From Selaginella moellendorffii (lineage: Eukaryota; Plantae; Lycopodiophyta), in contig NW_003314318.1 in NCBI RefSeq assembly GCF_000143415.4, forward strand, positions 930,001-994,000: DNA of 64,000 nucleotides. Reading direction: 5' to 3'. Position numbers and translations under genes: made by a program. Within the stretch, counting starts at the first letter, position 1, and each line of letters opens with the position of its first letter. Shown in pieces: positions 12,745-24,770 of this stretch. The notes under the pieces are model-generated. The model did not search any database and was not told the DNA's origin. It saw only the letters and a list, made by a program, of their open reading frames with translations.

Positions 12745-15118
12745 TGTCTGCGTTAGAATATAGAAAATATTAATTAGCCCAAAAACTTTAGATTATATAT
12801 AAAAGTAGGTGAAATCACTTATTTCAAATAGAAACTTTAAACCCTAGTAAGGCTAGATGCAAAAATTTCCAAATGGCTACCAAAATCCAATTACACTCAT
12901 ATTATATAGCATTATAGCCATACACTTGGATTTCACATTATCCCCTCCTTTCAAAATAATGATCATCAATATTTTCTTGTAGATGAGCTAAAATTTGGAG
13001 GAGGCATTAGTGGATTTATAGGTGGTATTAATTGTTCCTAATCCCTTTATATAAAGCATTTTAACCGTTACACATATACAATTTATGGAGGATTACTTTA
13101 TTGAACATTATGTTAAACCTCATAAACTTGCGATTCAACTTGCCATAACATTTGATATAGTCCTTTCCACTGAATAAAGAGCCCTTTAGATAAACCACAT
13201 ATTGTAAGATAAGGAAAATAAATTAATATTAAGTCATCCACTTTATACTCTATAAGTGAACAATGATGAGAGTTGTAGTGCTATTGTCCCACTTGTATAT
13301 AGCCTAAGTGTTCGGTAGATTTTGCTCGGACAAATGGAAGAGTAATCCTATGACTTAGAAATAGCAACTCATAACAATTGTGAAGGTAAACCCAACTCTG
13401 ATGGTAGTATTGGATAATGGCCATATAAAAGTTTATATAGTGAAGCATACACCCCTATAACATATACATACTAAACAATGGTAAATAACCATCTCAATCC
13501 AAATACTGAAAGTTTATATACTTTGTGATTATCCCTTTGAATGTTTGAACGAGCCATTCCACTAAACTGTCTAACTGTGGATGATAAGCACTTGTGAAAG
13601 TGTGGCATATCCCCAACCAAGACGTCAAAACATGAAATGCCTTAGTCATAAATGCAAGACCATTATTTGAAAGAATTCACTTCGGACAAAAATGTTAAAA
13701 CGTCACTCAATTAAGGAGGAAATATCCAACAATAATTGTAAATGTGCTAACAAAAGCACCAATTTCCACCCAATAAGTCAAATAGTCAGAAGCAATAATA
13801 ACATACTCATTGCATAATTGATCGTGGAAAAAGTCTCTTAAGATCAAATGCTACCAACTTAGATGAATGGGAAATTACAATTGACTCTAACCATTTTTTT
13901 GCAGCACAAGGGAGAATATCACAAGCTTCGCATTAAACGTAATTATGCATATATTGGATAACATCAAGTTGCATTTCTGGCCAATAGAAAAATCTATACA
14001 ATTTCTTAGTCACACAACAATGTCCCATATATCCTCTTAGAACAGAAGAATTATGGTAAGTATGGAAAAACTGTGGAATAAAGATTGAAGGCACCACTAG
14101 CAGTAAATGATCATTAAGATCCATCTCCACAAACTAAATAAAGCAGTATTCAAAATGATATTGAGAATGTAAATGCCAGAATGGCAAGTCATCAGCAAGT
14201 GATGCAGGATTCTTAAACCCATTTAAAAGTCTTTGAATCCACGGCTCAATTTTTTTAGCCTTGCGAACCTTATCAAGAGAAAGTAAATCTTGCTCTGCAC
14301 CTTGTGGACAGTAAATGTCAAGTATAACAATGGCCGATAGCACAAAATCCTTCTCTAAAAAATCTATAAATGTTAAAATAACATGCATTAATAAAATTCT
14401 TCAGGTGATGAACAACATCAAAATCATATATCTGAAGCTTCAAAGCCTATCGAATAGTACGATCAACTAAGTTTTTGCACTTCAATAATGAAGTAACGGC
14501 AGCATGATCATTTTTTAATAACATCCGAGAACCATGTAGATATACATGAAGTTTATTGAAACGCTAAACTGCAACTAAATACTCATTTTTTGTCATGGAG
14601 TAATTCACCTCCGTTAGTTGTTATATGATTTATATATGCAATGGGATGGCACTGACCAAGCACAGTCATGCTCTTGCATCAACACACCTCTAAAATCAAT
14701 ATCAGATGTTTACAATGATAGTATATCTAAATTTCATCCCATGATTACATACGCTACAGTCAAAGAAGAAAGAGGTTATTACTCTACCATGAAAATGAAT
14801 GAAATAAAAAAAGAGAAAAAAAAAAAAGTTAAAGAAAGTATAAGAAAAAGGAAATCTAAACAATGCAAAAGCTAGATCTAAACCAAAATCCTAAATCCCA
14901 ACACACTTAAAAGACAATTGAAATTGCCTCTCATTTCCACCCATGTGAGTGTATGGAATATAGAAATGAAATACAAAAATGTGCATATCAATTAACCCAA
15001 AAACTTTAGCTTATATATAAGAGTGAGTGGTCTTGATTGAAATCAATCGGACGGGTATCAAAATCCCATTACATTAATATTCGTATACAGCATTATAACC
15101 ATACATTTGGACCTCACA
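12745..15118 (-). mobile_element. Internally deleted Ty3/gypsy LTR retrotransposon
   Basis: Related LTRs at 14944-15118 and 12745-12937 (TG...CA on minus), PBS-like TGGGTGGAAATGAGAGG, PPT GAAAGGAGGGGATAA, and decayed RNase H/integrase peptides (GHCCVTKK...FFYWPEMQLDV). Confidence 0.85.
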
Positions 15119-16042
15119 ACCAGATTTAATCTTAAGTAGCTAGTCTAAATATTATACAAATATAGATATATATGTATTTATAGATTTATACCATCCACCT
15201 CTCCAAATGATGAGAAAACTTGATGAAGGTAAACCCTCGCTATGAGTCGCTGGAGGATGCTTACAAGCCCGAGGAAGAGCAGGCAGGACGTGGACGATAT
15301 ACAAATGAAGCGCAATATGAACAAGGCTGTCTACTCAAGGAGAAGGCCTCGCAAAGTTGCGACTAAGACCGAGTGTTATGAGGCCGACGAGCACGCTTCA
15401 GGTGGCCACAGGAGAAGTACACAGCTGGCACAGGGTTCGCGTGGTTAGTCTCTCCAACAGCAGGCCAGAGAAATTTCTTTCCACTCGCAAAATTTGATTT
15501 TGCGCATTGCCATCATCCAAGAGGTGAGCCCCCTTGCTCTCTGTGTGTTTTCCAACCTCTCTTTGTAGGCCAGGGTGGAGAACGGTTTGGCAAGCTTCTG
15601 CATATGGTACGGTATTTGCTCAGTAAGATCTTCGACTTTTCTCTCTAGCCAGGATGCCGCAAGATACACATTGTCATCATGTCTGGAAAGGTTGTTCGTT
15701 TGGTACATGTTTCCAGTACATCAGTGCCGTAAGTCGCGATCCCGAACAGTTTGTTTATCTTTTTCCCTTCTCATGCACAATGTTCCAGAGACGTAAAGGC
15801 TGCAGTTGATACTGTGATCAACAGAAACAAGTAAAAGCTTAACTATGCTGCCTTTAGTTTTCGCTTTAATAGTCTCCCTTCTGCAGCGGCATTGGATTCC
15901 ACAGCGGCAGCCGTGCTGAGTACTGATCAGAGAGATGCTGCTGCCATATGGCATTAGCTGCCTTCAGATGGTGAAAAGGAAAAAGGTAATTACTTGTTGG
16001 CTTTAAATAAACTGTTTTTGCTGACAACCCTAAGGGCAGGGT

Positions 16043-17338
16043 ATGGGAAAGCAAGAGTCAACGTTCAAGATTAAGTATACACACATCTTTTGTAGGATGT
16101 TTCCAGAGCGCGTTTGGGATGTTTTACAGGAGAAGCTAAATGCTTCAGATCTTATCGGCTTCTGCTTGGCGTTGGACTGTGAGTATGATAGAGTGGTACG
16201 CGCTTGTCTTAGAGAAGGATTCCCCAATAGGGCAGCCTCCATGCTTTTGGAGCCTAAACTTTATAGATGCAAGGAGGAAACATATGCAGAGTTCATTCAG
16301 AGCCCAATGATGTGGATGGCCATGGTTGAGTTTATACAGGTGTTCAGACTAATGAAGGATCTGGGCTACAGGCGCACCAAGGAGATGTTTGAGAAGCTCA
16401 TCATAGAATTTGATGTGCTCCTCCCGGCAGAGGATGAAAGATATACCAAGAGAGTCAGGAGGGGTGATATGAGTGATGGCTTGAATCGCTTGGGACTGTA
16501 TAGGATGGCTGGTCGCAAAGGGGAATACATAGCAGAGCTTGCTGATGAGATGGTGAAAGAAGGATATGTCCCAAGCCCCAGAATTGAGAGCATTGTTGAC
16601 AAGCGCCATCAAAGCTGCCCGTATCTTAACGATCTCCACTTGTTGAGAGAGTTCTCCAGATTGGAGAAAGAGGAGCGGTATTTGCTGACATTCATGGCGC
16701 TGGCAGGGGGAGCGAGAAGTGGGTTGCTGCGGATCACGTCGTATGTTGAGCAAAACAATTGCAACGAGGACACCGTCAAGGCCATGCTCGCTGTCGTCGA
16801 CGCACACCTCATGTCGACGTCCTCAACCGGCGAGTCGTTGGTCTTGTATCTCAAGATGAAGGCCGACTACAATCGCTACCTCGTCGATTTGAAGACCGGC
16901 CAACAACGCGAGGAGGCCGAACAAGCCACCCTCATGGCCTTCAAGATCGCCCAGGTATTTTTTTTTATTTTATGGTTTTCATAGCTCTTTTTCTTTTGGT
17001 TTTGACAACATCTGGTTTTGAATGTGTCAGGAGCATGCTTTTGCGGAGCTTCCTCCGACGCACTCCTTCCGACTGGGACTCGCGCTGAACTTGTCGGCGT
17101 TTTGCTTCGAGCATCTCAACTCTCTGGATCGGGCTTGTTTTGTGGCACAGCAGGTATGCAAGCGTACGTTGTTTCTTGCGCTAATCCTGCTGCATTGTTT
17201 TTTCAGGCTATTGATGAGGCACAGGCCAAAGTGGAGGCGTCGGGGAAGGAGCCCCGGAGGGAAACCAGCCGGATCATGGAGCTCCTCCGGCAAAACCTCG
17301 CGGTTTGGACGAGAATGAGTATTGAATCATCCCTCTAA
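16043..17338 (+). CDS. Chimeric protein: PPR-like helical N-terminus fused to a divergent 14-3-3 domain
   Basis: [34 protein letters not shown] and [15 protein letters not shown], with introns 16955-17030 and 17154-17206 at conserved plant 14-3-3 positions. Extra 5' exons may exist from about 15242. Confidence 0.8.
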
Positions 17339-18050
17339 GTTGTGAATTCTAAGACCTGTGCCTAGGTTTGCCGACAATTGCCTAGTGTTGCAACTCGGAT
17401 GATTCCAAGGGAAACTCAGCAGTGATAGAACTCGGTTTGACATTGAAACTCAGTTTCAGGCTTGGTATTGGAGAGAATTCATATATATAGTTTCCTGCCG
17501 TACGCAAGACGAGCCACCAGGAACAGAACGTCCCCGGCTCGAATCCAAGCCCTGAATGGACAGAAGAAGGGATTCACGCACATTGTTTTCTCAAGGATAT
17601 GTATTCTAGCCTGATAAGTTCTTCCCAAAGCTTGTAAATGCGCATCGTGTAGCGTCATTATTTTTGAGCTTATCTCATTGCCGATTGTTCGTGCGTTAGT
17701 AGAGAAGATCTTTTGAATAGAATTATTGTCTCATGGCCTTAGTGTGATACACTTGTCCCTTTGAAACAATCTCACAATCTAAAATGAGCACTTTGTTTAG
17801 GCAAAAGTTTATATAGGAAGATTAAAGGGTGTGTTAATGACGATAATCAAGTGATTTAAATTTCAAGTAATGACGATAATATAGACAAAATATTATACTA
17901 TGTTATACGAAGGTAATCACTCCAAATATTATACTGTATATTATAACGAAAGTTCAGGTAAACTTTACATTTTGATAAAATTTACTTATGCCGAGTGAAA
18001 ACACTAAACCCTGAACACTAAGTGTTTTGGCGCAGAAATATCATTGAGGA

Positions 18051-19274
18051 ATGGCGAGGTTGAAAAGAGCAGATTTGCGTGAGGCCGTGATGCAAATCGA
18101 GCAGCAGCGATGCGATCCGGATGGAGATCTCTGCGCGTTTCTCTTGCGGCAGTGCGGATCCAAGGCGCTGCTCGAGGGGCGGCGAATCCATTCCGTGCTC
18201 GCCGATCATGGCATGGATTCACAGGCCCTGTTGGGCAATCTCCTCGTTCACATGTACACCAAATGCGAGAGGTTTCAGGAAGCTGGAGCGATGCAATGTC
18301 TTCTCGTGGAATAACATGATCGTCGCCCGCCGGCATGGTGGATTCGGCGAGAGATCGAGAGCACGCCACAGAGATCTGCGGTCAACGATGATCCAAGCGT
18401 ATACTTGAAACGGGCATATGGATTGCTGCCTCTGGCTTTTAGACAGGATTGCCACGCGATCTCGACCACGCCATCGATTTCTTCCTCACAGGGATCACAT
18501 GAACGTCCTGATAAACGCTTTTGTGCGGAGCGGGCAAGAGGATCGCGCGGGACTTGTGTTTGAGAGGATGGCACAGCAAAGCGTTCTCTCCTGGAACATT
18601 GCTATCCAAGGCTATGCTCTAAAGGGCATCTGGAAGAGGTCAAAACGCTGTCCGATCGAATGCCCGAAGAAGACGTTGTGGCTGGAAACGGGAGGATCGG
18701 CACATATGCCCAGCATGGGCATCTAGGTGAAGCGATTGCGGTGTTTGATCCCATGGAGCAGTGCAATGTTATCACTTCCACTTCGATGATGGTGGCGTTA
18801 ATTCACGGTGGCGAGCACGATCGAGCTCGGTGGTTCTTCGATTCCCTGGCAGAGAAGAGCGTCGTGACTTGGAACTCTATGATCCACGCTGATGTCCAAG
18901 CCGGGCATATGGACCACGCGAGCAAACTCTTTCACGAGATACCCGTGCTCTCTTGCAACGCCGGCTATGACCTTTCGTGCGACGCCAAGAGCGCCCTCCA
19001 GATCTTCGAGAGAATGCCGCAGCGAGGAACTTCGTCTGGCAACGCAATGTTTCGAGCATTCGCCCAGAACGGTGCTCGAGAGATCTTCCACTCGTTCATG
19101 CGACACCGCGACGTCGTCTCCTGGAACATCGCGATTGCGTCTTATGCCCAGAGCAGCGACAATCGCCCTTTTCGGCAAGATCCTGTCCAGGAGCGTTGTC
19201 ACCTGGAAAGGCTGGCGAAATGCACAGGTAAGATGCTTTCTTCCTTGTGTTCGTTTCTAGATTTCTATGGATGA
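18051..19274 (+). pseudogene. PLS-class PPR pseudogene
   Basis: LLRQCGSKALLEGRRIH...LGNLLVHMYTKC, NVFSWNNMI, SVLSWNIAI and RDVVSWNIAI fall in different frames with stops. Confidence 0.85.
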
Positions 19275-19310
19275 GAACATGAAATTGTAATGGGGTCTTG
19301 ATCCAAGCAC

Positions 19311-20113
19311 CGGAGATTTTCAGCGGGTATGGCTTGCTGGACGTTGTGTTCTCAAGCTTTTCTATGATTATTGTCAGCGAGGTAACGTTTGCTCTTCCCG
19401 GAACTCTCCGTTGCTAATGCTTGCTGCTTTAGGCCTGATGCGTGCTCCTCTGGTAGATTGGAGACGAGACTTTCATCATCGCAGCTCTAATGGCGATGAG
19501 GCATCCGCGAGCCATAGTTCTTTCTGGAGCTCTCACCGTGCTTGCTCTCATGACTGTAAGTTCTCGTAAGCTTTCTTTCCTGTTTACTCAGGTGCTTTTA
19601 TTCTTTTGCTAACAGGTTTTCTGCACCGTTCTTGGAAGAATCTTATCTCACGAAGGCACATCAATAGTTTTGCCACTGGTATGGATTTCTCTTCGTTCCT
19701 TTCTTTTCCTCAGTTTTTCCTTGTTGCAGTGTTGTATACTTTCTTTGGATTGCGGCTATTGTATATAGCGTGGAAGTCGGGCTATATACAAGCTTTCCTT
19801 TTTCGTTCCCGCAGGTCGAGGAGAAACTGGAAGGCAGCACGCATGGAAAGTCAAGAATCCGAAAATTTTTCTGCGCTCCAATCTTTTTGGAGGTATACTC
19901 ATTTCCAAGGTTTCATTTTCTGGCTGATCAAAATCAAGCCTTCACCTTTTTGGCGGAATGGGAGATAGAAGCCGGATCGCAACGATTGCCAGTAAGTTTA
20001 CATTTTTTTGCTTGATCCAACTTAGAAATTTCTTCCTTAGATTTCTAGCTTGCTGCTCACAAAAACGCTGTGGGATTTACGCTGGGAGCAATCGTTGGAC
20101 ACACCTTGTGTAA
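19311..20113 (+). pseudogene. GDT1/TMEM165 (UPF0016) family gene, frameshifted and truncated
   Basis: SMIIVSE|IGDETFIIAALMAMRHPR and VLYTFFGLRLLYIAWKS are present. The second motif (FLAEWGDRS) is broken by a 1-nt deletion near 19960, and similarity ends after GAIVGHTL. Confidence 0.75.
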
Positions 20114-20267
20114 TTCTGGCCATGAGAATATCACAGAGAACCGATTGTTTCTACCGTTAATTGACCAACGCACACTTTGACGGCCACGATTCTTTTACGT
20201 GTACTATCGTTTTCCCGCCCAGTCCAGGGTATTTGAGCTAGCTAGGGTTTTTCTGGATGAGTGCGCG

Positions 20268-23200
20268 ATGGAATCGCCACGGATGGATCCGGCTGCCGGG
20301 GATGTCGAAGAGATTATCAACGCATTGGATCCGAATTCGTCGGTGGAGCTGGACCTCGCGTGGCTACGCGGCGTCCTGGAGAATGTGAGTGTTTCTTGGT
20401 ATAGGCGATTCTTTTTCACAGTAGCTGTGGCCGCTCTTCAGGTCCAAATCCATAGCTTCCAGCGGCGGCACTGTGGGCGTTTGGAGGAATTGCTGACGCG
20501 GCTCCAATCTATTCAGCGTCCTGAAATTCTCGTGACTGAGGAGTTTTTCGAAGCGCTGGCGAAGCTCTATGATAATCTTGTCACTGGGGATTTCACTCGG
20601 AGGGAGGTCTTGTCGTTGAATTTGCAGCTTTTGTTTGTCATCGAAGATCTAAGCGATCATCCTCAAGGTGAGCGGTCGTATGTAGAGATGAGGCCTTAGT
20701 GATTTTCCTTTTTCTTTCGTTACACAGGCAAAGTTCTTTCTGGGAAGCACTTCATCACCAGGCTTCTTACGTTGGCTTGCGCTAAGTCGGGGTCTTTAAA
20801 ACTCAAGCGGGCTTCTGTGGAGACTCTTTGTGCCTTGATTACTCGATCGGCCGAGAACCAGAAGTTTCTGATACTTCACGTGACTGGATGGTGAGTTCGG
20901 CTATGCATTCCAGTTTACGTTTCTAACGTTTTCATGCAGCTACAAGCTTTTCAAGGTTTTTCTCCCGAAGTGTGGAGACTTCCAACTTCAAGCTAGTGCT
21001 GCGGAGATACTTTTTCGATTAACAAGGAGACACAAGAGGCTCCTGGATATAGTCGATGACGATGCTGCGAAGAGGGCAATGCTATCCATGCACGAGATGA
21101 AAAGGCCAGATGTCAAGACCGGCATTAGGAACTTCGTTAACTTGGTCAATGAGTCCCTGGGAGCATCGAGAAGGTGAGAGCAGAGTGCTGACTTTCTGAC
21201 TCACTGTGCGGATTTTTCTATGCTGTAGCGTTCATTCCTTTCGAGCCTTACAAGTTTTCATCGATGGCAACGAACATACTCCTCACGAAGAAGTATGGGT
21301 GCATATCGGAGTGGATCATATCAGCTACTACACAAACTCACCAAGCAAAGTAAGAGAGTGCAATTACAATCAAAGTTGTTTCTGAGGTCAAACTTAACAG
21401 GAGTTTGAAGGCGCTGCAGAGATAATGGATTTTGATTTTAAGAATATCAAAGAGATCAAAGGTGAGTTACACTCACAAGTACGGCTAAGCTAGCTATGAT
21501 GATTTAGTGCTCTCCTCGTCATCTTTGGAGCTCGTTATTTGGAAGCCTCAGGACGATGCTGCCGTTCCAACAAGAACTATAGCACGCTTTCGGTTTTCTT
21601 CAGAAGGTATGCGTTGGTTTATCGAATGAGCGGTTCTAAAGTCTTTTGCCTGGATGAAGATGCAAGGCTCGCTTATGAGTGCTGCAGGGCAAGGCTGTCC
21701 TCGCTAAATGCAACAGTTCCACCATCAAGTAGTCAGATTCCTTGGACGGGCAAGACATCAATAGGAATTGCGGTGCCTCTGCCAAGAATTACAGACTTCC
21801 CAATCATGTCCGGTTGCGCAGACGACAAAACTACAAGAGGTAGCGGTTTTCTCCGAGAAAGGTTTTCTTCTAAATTCTCAAGTTTCTATTTGTAGATGTA
21901 CTTGTACCAACGACTATCGACAACGTAGTACCAGGGCTTGATACGGACACTAAAGGTAGAGGTCTTTTGTAATATCCCTGTTTGGTGCCAGCGGCTGTTG
22001 ACTTACCCTTAGACAACGTGAAAGTTCCGCATTCGCCGGAGGTACCCTCTCATTCAATTCCCGATGTAGCAGAGGTTGAGGAAAAAGAAAACGTTGGCCA
22101 CCTTCGTAGCAAGTTGAAGGCTATGCTTGATGGACCAACAAAGAAAGCGATCGACAAACTCAAGGTCATCCAAGGTATCAAAGAAGTTCTGTAATACATT
22201 GGTAATTCTGTTTTTTCTTGTGGCAGAGAGAAGTCCCAGCGTGCAAAGGCAGATCCAGGCCCCGATTCACACTAGAGCACGAGGTACTACGATGCCAGCT
22301 TATTATCATTCTTTAACAGCACTATTTGCAGGTCGGCCGAGGAAGAAAGCGGCGCCTAAAACACAGAAGCCAGGTAGGCGAATCAGGTACCTATTGATAG
22401 TGCTGAATGCTTTACATTGCAGAGGAAAAGGTTTTATGTGCAGTCGAGCTATCAGAAAATGACAAACCCACCAAGCTGTTTCGTGAGAGGAAGCTTCCTC
22501 CAAGACCAACCAAAGAGGCTGCAGCACCACTTAAGCCATTGTTTAGCGCCACGAAAGAGATGATAGCAGAAGGTAACCTCTGATTATTATTCTTGACTTG
22601 TCGTTAAGGTTTCATGTGCAGTCGAGCTATCAGAAAACGATAAACCCGCCAAGCTGTTTCGTGAGAGGGAGCTTCTTCCAGCACCAAACAATGACGCTGC
22701 ACCACCGCTGGAATTTGGCAACCCATTGGTTAGCGCCACGAAAGGGATTATAGCAGAAGGTAACCTCTGATTATTATCCTCGATTTGTCGCTAAGGTTTT
22801 ATGTTCAGAATATGACAAACCCGCCAAGCTGTTTCGTGAAAGGGAGCTTCCTCCAGCACCAACCAATGACGCTGCACCACTTGAATTTGGCAAGCCATTG
22901 TTTAACGCCACGAAAGAGATGGTAGTAGAAGGTAACCTCGGAGTACTTGTCTTTAAGATCGCTAAGGTTTTATGTGCAGTCGATCTCTCAGTAAATGACA
23001 GACCCGCCAAGCTGTTTCGTGAGAGGCCAGCACCAAGCAATGACGCTGCACCACCACTTGAATTTGGCAAGCCATTGATTAGCGCCACGAAAGAGATGGT
23101 CGTAGAAGGTAATCTTGGAGTACTTGTCTTTAAGATCGCTAAGGTTTAATGTGCAGTCGAGCTCTCAGAAAATGACAGACCCGCCAAGCTGTTCCGTGAG

Positions 23201-24229
23201 AGGGAGCTTCCTCCAGCACCAAGCAATGACGCTGCACCACCAGTTGAATTTGGCAAGCCATTGTTTAGCGCCACGAAAGAGATGACAGAGATCAAGACCC
23301 GGCGGCGCAGGCGGTATACACTTGCAGAGTTGACAAGCGGCATAGAACACGTGAATTTGGCTTCAGAAACAAAGCGTCCAAAATTTGAGAAGGACAACAG
23401 TGTTACTCCAGAGTCTCCAATTTGCGATCCCTGCGATGATGATGACATGGATCGGTAAAAATTCTTTGCACCTCAGGATTTGTACTGATCGAAACTTCTT
23501 TCAGGGTCGTTGTGCTCTTTGCGAACATGCTGAACAAGTTCAAGAAGAAGTTGCAGTCTCGAGTTCGTGATAAAACTGCTCATATAATAACTTCCACCTC
23601 GGAGGCGATCAAATCGGAGGCAGCCTCTGTTGAGCTACAGATTAAGAAGGGCACGTACGTAAGCTCTTCATTTGTTGTTGGTAAGGTTGTGTAACTCCTT
23701 TAAACTACAGGGATGATTATGCTCAACAATGTAGAGACAAGCTTGGTCGGATAGAACTGGACCTGCATGGTATGTTAATGTGGAGCAAACCTGGTTTAGG
23801 CTCGCTTCTGATATCATTTTCAGAGAAAGCCAAGAGCTTCAAGAAGCTCTGTGAAGATTTTGACAACTTGTTCAAGCACCACAGCGAACAATTAGAGCAA
23901 ATCCAGACTCAGATGGAATGTACTGACGACGAACTCAACGCCTTGTCGGAAAAACGAAGTAGGCTCTTTCTCTCTGTTGCATGTTTTTACCAAACGAGTG
24001 TTTTCTTGGATCAGAGCTAACACAGAGAAAATTGATTGCGCAAATGCAAATGAGGGGCGAAGAACTTCTCAGCGAAGCAGAATCCAAGATTCTTGCCGTC
24101 CGAAAGGTTTGTTGAATGTAGCCGGTTTTAAAACTGCGAGTGTATTAACACTGCTCACAGGCTGCCAAGCACATGCAGGGCTTCAAGGAAATACTCCAGC
24201 AACTGGTAATGGACACTGTAGAGTTATAA
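20268..24229 (+). CDS. ASY3: Meiotic chromosome-axis protein, ASY3/PAIR3 ortholog with a SYCP2/Red1-type ARM-PH N-terminus
   Basis: About 20 short-intron exons. GDFQLQASAAEILFR...IRNFVNLVNESLGASRSVHSFRALQVFID...VWVHIG is SYCP2-like. SSQ...KTSIGI, LRSKL and the C-terminal coiled coil LFANMLNKFKKKLQS...QRKLIAQM...ESKILAVRK are ASY3-like. Confidence 0.78.
22444..23285 (+). repeat. Five tandem exon copies (four with their following intron; period about 175-185 bp) inside the ASY3-like gene
   Basis: Exon copies start at 22444, 22622, 22809, 22980 and 23157. The first four end GAAG|GTAA and are followed by a 48-49 nt intron ending TGTGCAG or TGTTCAG. Confidence 0.93.
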
Positions 24230-24770
24230 ATTGCGGGGTCGTTTAGCATCCGTTAATAAGAAAAAAATTGTAGTGTACTTGAAAATCTTCTTCTGAGTGT
24301 ACAAGAAAAACTCACTTGATAATCTTCTAGAGTTCATGTAAGACCCTCGCAATTGACTTTCAAAGCTCACATTTGGCAACCCAAACCATACTTCATCATA
24401 TTAATTAAATGTAATAGTCCTATACTCATCTAACCACTCTTTGTCATATCTACATCTAAATTGTTGGATTCCTCACCATGAGATCATACATTACCTAGTT
24501 GAAAGACAAACCATCAATGCACCAGAATTGCTGACAACTTTCTATTAAAAACCTACTGAGCAAACTAAGGGTGAAAACTTGAGTCGAGTGCAAAGAATTT
24601 CTATCTGCACTGTGGATTGTAGTAAATTAATAATTGAAAAATATTTTTTCTTTTAATATATTTCTTTCTTAATCTTTTCAAAGATCCTCCAAACACTACC
24701 AAATGTCATATTTATATTGCATTTATTTGCAAAATTCAAGATTTGCGTTTCTAACTTTTTTTAATAGAAG

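Noticed and set aside
22444-23285. Repeat-spacer look of the tandem array (CRISPR-like)
   Set aside because: Units are about 180 bp, the 'spacers' are homologous GT-AG introns, there are no cas genes and the context is eukaryotic.
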